DNA of 64,000 nt, taken from an uncultured Gemmatimonadaceae bacterium. GTDB lineage: Bacteria; Gemmatimonadota; Gemmatimonadetes; Gemmatimonadales; Gemmatimonadaceae. The stretch covers positions 2,112,001 through 2,176,000 of the forward strand of contig CAWJMB010000002.1 in assembly GCA_963843845.1 (NCBI GenBank). The letters run 5' to 3'. The position numbers and the translations under genes are program-made. Below the pieces are notes generated by a model. It ran no database searches, was not told the origin of the DNA, and saw only the letters and a list, made by a program, of their open reading frames with translations. Shown one piece after another: positions 61,197 to 64,000 of this stretch (position 1 is the first letter of the stretch; every line of letters starts with the position of its first letter).

Positions 61197-62107
61197 GCCG
61201 CGTCCGCCGGACGCGCGTCGTCGAACGCGCCTGCCGCCTCGAGCGCCTCGCGCACCGCGCTCCGGAGCTCCTCGCGCAGTGGCACGAGCGGCAACCGCAC
61301 GACGTCCTCCATGAAACCGAGCATCGAGAGCGCAGCCTTGAGGGGGATCGGATTCGACTCGATGAACGCCGCGTGCGTCCACGCGGCGAGACGCCGATCG
61401 AGCTCGCGCGCGCCGACGAAGTCGCCGGCGAACGCACGCTCGCAGAGGCGTGCGACGAGCGCCGGCGTGGCGTTCGACGTGACCGAGATGACGCCGTCGC
61501 CGCCGGCCGCGAGCATCGCGAAGGTCAGCGCGTCCTCGCCGGAGAGCACCGCGAAGTCGTCGGGCCGATGGCGGAGGATGTCCTGCACCTGCACGAGGTT
61601 ACCCGACGCTTCCTTCACCGCCACGATGTTCGGCACTTCGGCGAGCCGCAGCGTCGTCGCCGCATCCATGTTGCTCGCGGTGCGGCCCGGCACGTTGTAG
61701 AGCACGATCGGCAGCCCGACCGCATCCGCGATCGCGCGGAAGTGCGCCTCGATGCCGCGCTGCGGCGGCTTGCTGTACGCGGGCGACACGTGAAGCAGGT
61801 GCGTCGCACCGGCGGCCTGCATCTCCTTCGAGAGTGCGATCGCTTTCCGCGTGTCATTCGAGCCGGCGCCCGCGATCACCGGCACGCGCCCGGCCACTTC
61901 GTCGACCGTGATCTCGACGACGCGTCGGTGCTCCGCGGGCGACAGCGTGGCCGCCTCGCCGGTCGAGCCGCACGGCACGACGAAGTGCGTGCCCTGCGCG
62001 ACCTGCCAGCCCACGAATCGCCGCAGCGCAGCCTCGTCGAGCGCGCCGTCGCCAGTGAACGGTGTGGCGATCGCGGAGCCGGCTCCGCGCAATGTCGGTA
62101 TCGTCAT
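61193..62107 (-). CDS. dapA: 4-hydroxy-tetrahydrodipicolinate synthase
   Basis: ATPF, GSTGE, LYNVPGRT, VKEASG, ESNPIPLK. Confidence 0.96.
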   Translation of the reverse strand: MTIPTLRGAGSAIATPFTGDGALDEAALRRFVGWQVAQGTHFVVPCGSTGEAATLSPAEHRRVVEITVDEVAGRVPVIAGAGSNDTRKAIALSKEMQAAGATHLLHVSPAYSKPPQRGIEAHFRAIADAVGLPIVLYNVPGRTASNMDAATTLRLAEVPNIVAVKEASGNLVQVQDILRHRPDDFAVLSGEDALTFAMLAAGGDGVISVTSNATPALVARLCERAFAGDFVGARELDRRLAAWTHAAFIESNPIPLKAALSMLGFMEDVVRLPLVPLREELRSAVREALEAAGAFDDARPADAA

Positions 62108-62832
62108 GCCGTCTCCTCGTCAGTCGGCCCGTCGCGCCGACCGGGCGCCGCGAGCACGTCGTCCATCGTGTACACACCAGGATCGTCGACCGCGGCGAGC
62201 CACCGCGCCGCCGTGAGCGCCCCCTCGGCGAACACGCGCCGGTCGCGCGCCTCGTGCACGATGCGGATCTGCTCGAACGCGCCGTCGAAGACCAGCTCGT
62301 GCGTGCCCGGCACCGCGCCGACGCGAATGCTCGTGATCGGAATGGTCGTGCCTAACGTCTCGCTCGCCGCGCCCGCGAGCGCGATGGCCGTACCGGATGG
62401 CGCGTCTCGCTTCGCGGCGTGGTGCGTCTCGACGAGGTGCGGGGCCATGCCGACCTCGTGGAGCGCCCTCCCCGCCTCTGCGACGATGCGCCGCATCGCG
62501 TTCACGCCGGGCGAGAAGTTCGCCGCCCAGAGCAATCGGCCGCCCGCCGCGTGCGCGGCGCGCGTCACGTCGCCCAACGCCTCCCACCAGCCCGTCGTGC
62601 CGACGACGAGCGGCGCGTTCGCGGCGAGGCACGCATGGATGTTCGCGACGGCGGCGGCCGGCTCGCTGAAGTCGATCGCGACGTCGCACTCGCCGAGCGT
62701 GTCGCGCGTGATCACGTCGCCGCGGCCGAGGCGCGCCACGACCGTCGCACCGCGCTCGTCGGCGAGGGCGTCGACCGCGCGCCCCATCTTGCCCACCCCG
62801 ATGAGCGCCACGCGCGTCGGCACCGCCATCAT
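62104..62832 (-). CDS. dapB: 4-hydroxy-tetrahydrodipicolinate reductase
   Basis: GVGKMG, DFS, GTTG, ETHHAAKRDAPSGTA, FAEGA. Confidence 0.95.
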   Translation of the reverse strand: MMAVPTRVALIGVGKMGRAVDALADERGATVVARLGRGDVITRDTLGECDVAIDFSEPAAAVANIHACLAANAPLVVGTTGWWEALGDVTRAAHAAGGRLLWAANFSPGVNAMRRIVAEAGRALHEVGMAPHLVETHHAAKRDAPSGTAIALAGAASETLGTTIPITSIRVGAVPGTHELVFDGAFEQIRIVHEARDRRVFAEGALTAARWLAAVDDPGVYTMDDVLAAPGRRDGPTDEETA

Positions 62833-64000
62833 CCGGGCGCTGCGCCCTCGCCGAAGAAGACGCGGTGCAGCCGCGCCATCGCGTCGCCGACCTGGTCACC
62901 GTCGACGACGAGCGTGAGGTTGATGCCGGTCGCACTGAGCGACGCCATGTGCACCCGGAGCGGGCCCAACGCCGAGAACGCTCGCGCGAGCGCCGTCCCG
63001 TTGTCGCTCAGGGCGGAGCCGACGATGGCGATGATGCCGCGCCCCCGCTCGACCGAGACGTCGCCCAACGGCGTGAGGTCGCCGAGCAGTGCCTCCAGGT
63101 TCGACGGGTCGTCGATGGTGACCGAGATCGAGACTTCGGACGTCGCGATGACGTCGACCGACGTGCGGTGCCGCTCGAACGTCTCGAACACCGTGCGCAT
63201 GAACCCCGATGCGAGCAGCATGCGCGCCGACCGGAGCTTCACGACCGTGGTGCTCCCCTTCGCCGCGATCGCGCTCACCGCGCGACGCGGCGCGTCAGAC
63301 GTGATGAGCGTGCCCGTCCCTTCGGGCCGGCGCGAGTTGTAGATGTAGACGGGGATTCCGCGCCGCACCGCCGGCGCGATCGTACTCGGGTGCAGCACCT
63401 TCGCGCCGAACGATGCGAGCTCCGACGCTTCGTCGAACCGAATGCGCTCGATCAGCTGCGCCTCGGGAACGACGCGCGGGTCGGCCGTCAGCATCCCGTC
63501 GACGTCGGTCCAGATCTCGATCGCGTCCGACTGCATAGCGGCGCCGATGAGCGACGCGCTGTAGTCCGAGCCCCCGCGGCCTAACGTCGTCGTGATCCCG
63601 TCGGCGGTCGAGCCGATGAACCCGCCCAGCACCGGGACCCGTCCCTCGCGGAGCAGCGGCTGGAGATGCGCGCGCGTCTCCTCCGCGATGCGCTCGGTCT
63701 GCGGCTCCGCCTTGCAGTAGTGATCGTCGGTGATCATCACGCGGCGCGCGTCGACGTGCTCCGCCGGGATCCCCCGCGCGCGGAACGCGGCGGTGACGAG
63801 GAGCGACGAGAGCAGCTCGCCGTACGCCGCGATCGTGTCGAGGCTGCGCGGGGTCAGATAGCCGAGCACCGAGATCGCCTCGGCGAGCCGCGCGAGCTCG
63901 TCGAACATGGCGCTCAGGTCGCCGCTCAGCTCCGTCGCCGCGGCCGCGTCCGGAACCAGCGCGGTCACGGCCGAGAGGTGCCGCTCGCGCAACGCCTCGA
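62829..64000 (-). CDS. lysC: Aspartokinase (5' end outside the window)
   Basis: YGELLSS, TLGRGGSDYSA, IWTDVDG..TADPR, FGAKVLHP, ACT domains. Confidence 0.94.
   Translation of the reverse strand, partial: EALRERHLSAVTALVPDAAAATELSGDLSAMFDELARLAEAISVLGYLTPRSLDTIAAYGELLSSLLVTAAFRARGIPAEHVDARRVMITDDHYCKAEPQTERIAEETRAHLQPLLREGRVPVLGGFIGSTADGITTTLGRGGSDYSASLIGAAMQSDAIEIWTDVDGMLTADPRVVPEAQLIERIRFDEASELASFGAKVLHPSTIAPAVRRGIPVYIYNSRRPEGTGTLITSDAPRRAVSAIAAKGSTTVVKLRSARMLLASGFMRTVFETFERHRTSVDVIATSEVSISVTIDDPSNLEALLGDLTPLGDVSVERGRGIIAIVGSALSDNGTALARAFSALGPLRVHMASLSATGINLTLVVDGDQVGDAMARLHRVFFGEGAAPG

Larger units (their letters stand above)
1569..63586. repeat. Dispersed iterated motif GCCTAACR / YGTTAGGC (20 CCTAAC cores)
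   Basis: Hexamer starts, counted by hand: 1570, 2753, 8701, 11340, 12588, 15771, 18055, 21827, 32515, 34284, 35559, 40447, 41902, 44831, 53390, 53519, 55064, 56287, 62351, 63580. Confidence 0.8.

Noticed and set aside
1569..63586. GCCTAAC/GTTAGGC copies as integron attC sites
   Set aside because: They fit RYYYAAC/GTTRRRY but occur singly, mostly inside core genes. They never form an inverse-core/core pair 50-150 bp apart, and no integrase is present
2752..63586. bldA-like TTA-codon regulation or Ty1-type frameshift sites
   Set aside because: The TTA codons are in housekeeping genes and tied to fixed flanks. The motif also occurs as stops and between genes, and the frame and first base differ from CTT-AGG-C

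Overview
A very GC-rich (roughly 70-72% by eye) bacterial core-genome segment, most consistent with Gemmatimonadota on the basis of the tmRNA tag ANNNLALAA, gene order and protein style (an inference). The + strand block (0.6-15.5 kb) carries truA, a transaldolase/FSA-fold gene, HtrA, purB-purC-psd-pssA-purS-purQ-(zinc ribbon)-purL-purF and ppdK. A tmRNA follows. The rest is a long, mostly - strand housekeeping run: lysC-dapB-dapA-dapD-aroA-cmk, rpsA, an acyl-CoA carboxylase cluster with an RlmD-like gene, rplM-rpsI-rpsB-tsf-pyrH-frr-uppS-cdsA-dxr-rseP, rpsO-pnp-M16 peptidase-ald, mreBCD-mrdA-rodA-accD-folC-hisS-proS-lysA-YfcE-like-guaA-BaiN-like, and dusB. I see no mobile element, prophage, CRISPR array or defence island. 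About 15 small frameshifts, mostly in the first 6.5 kb and often in essential genes, look like long-read or assembly errors. The most unusual signal is not a gene. It is a dispersed non-palindromic motif, GCCTAACR/YGTTAGGC (20 CCTAAC cores counted by hand). It accounts for almost all of the otherwise rare TTA codons and several stop codons, and it has a halo of GTTGGGC variants. This suggests an uncharacterised genome-wide DNA-signal system. Two apparent pseudo-enzymes also stand out: a transaldolase/FSA homolog lacking the Schiff-base Lys, and an MJ0936-like phosphoesterase missing two metal ligands.
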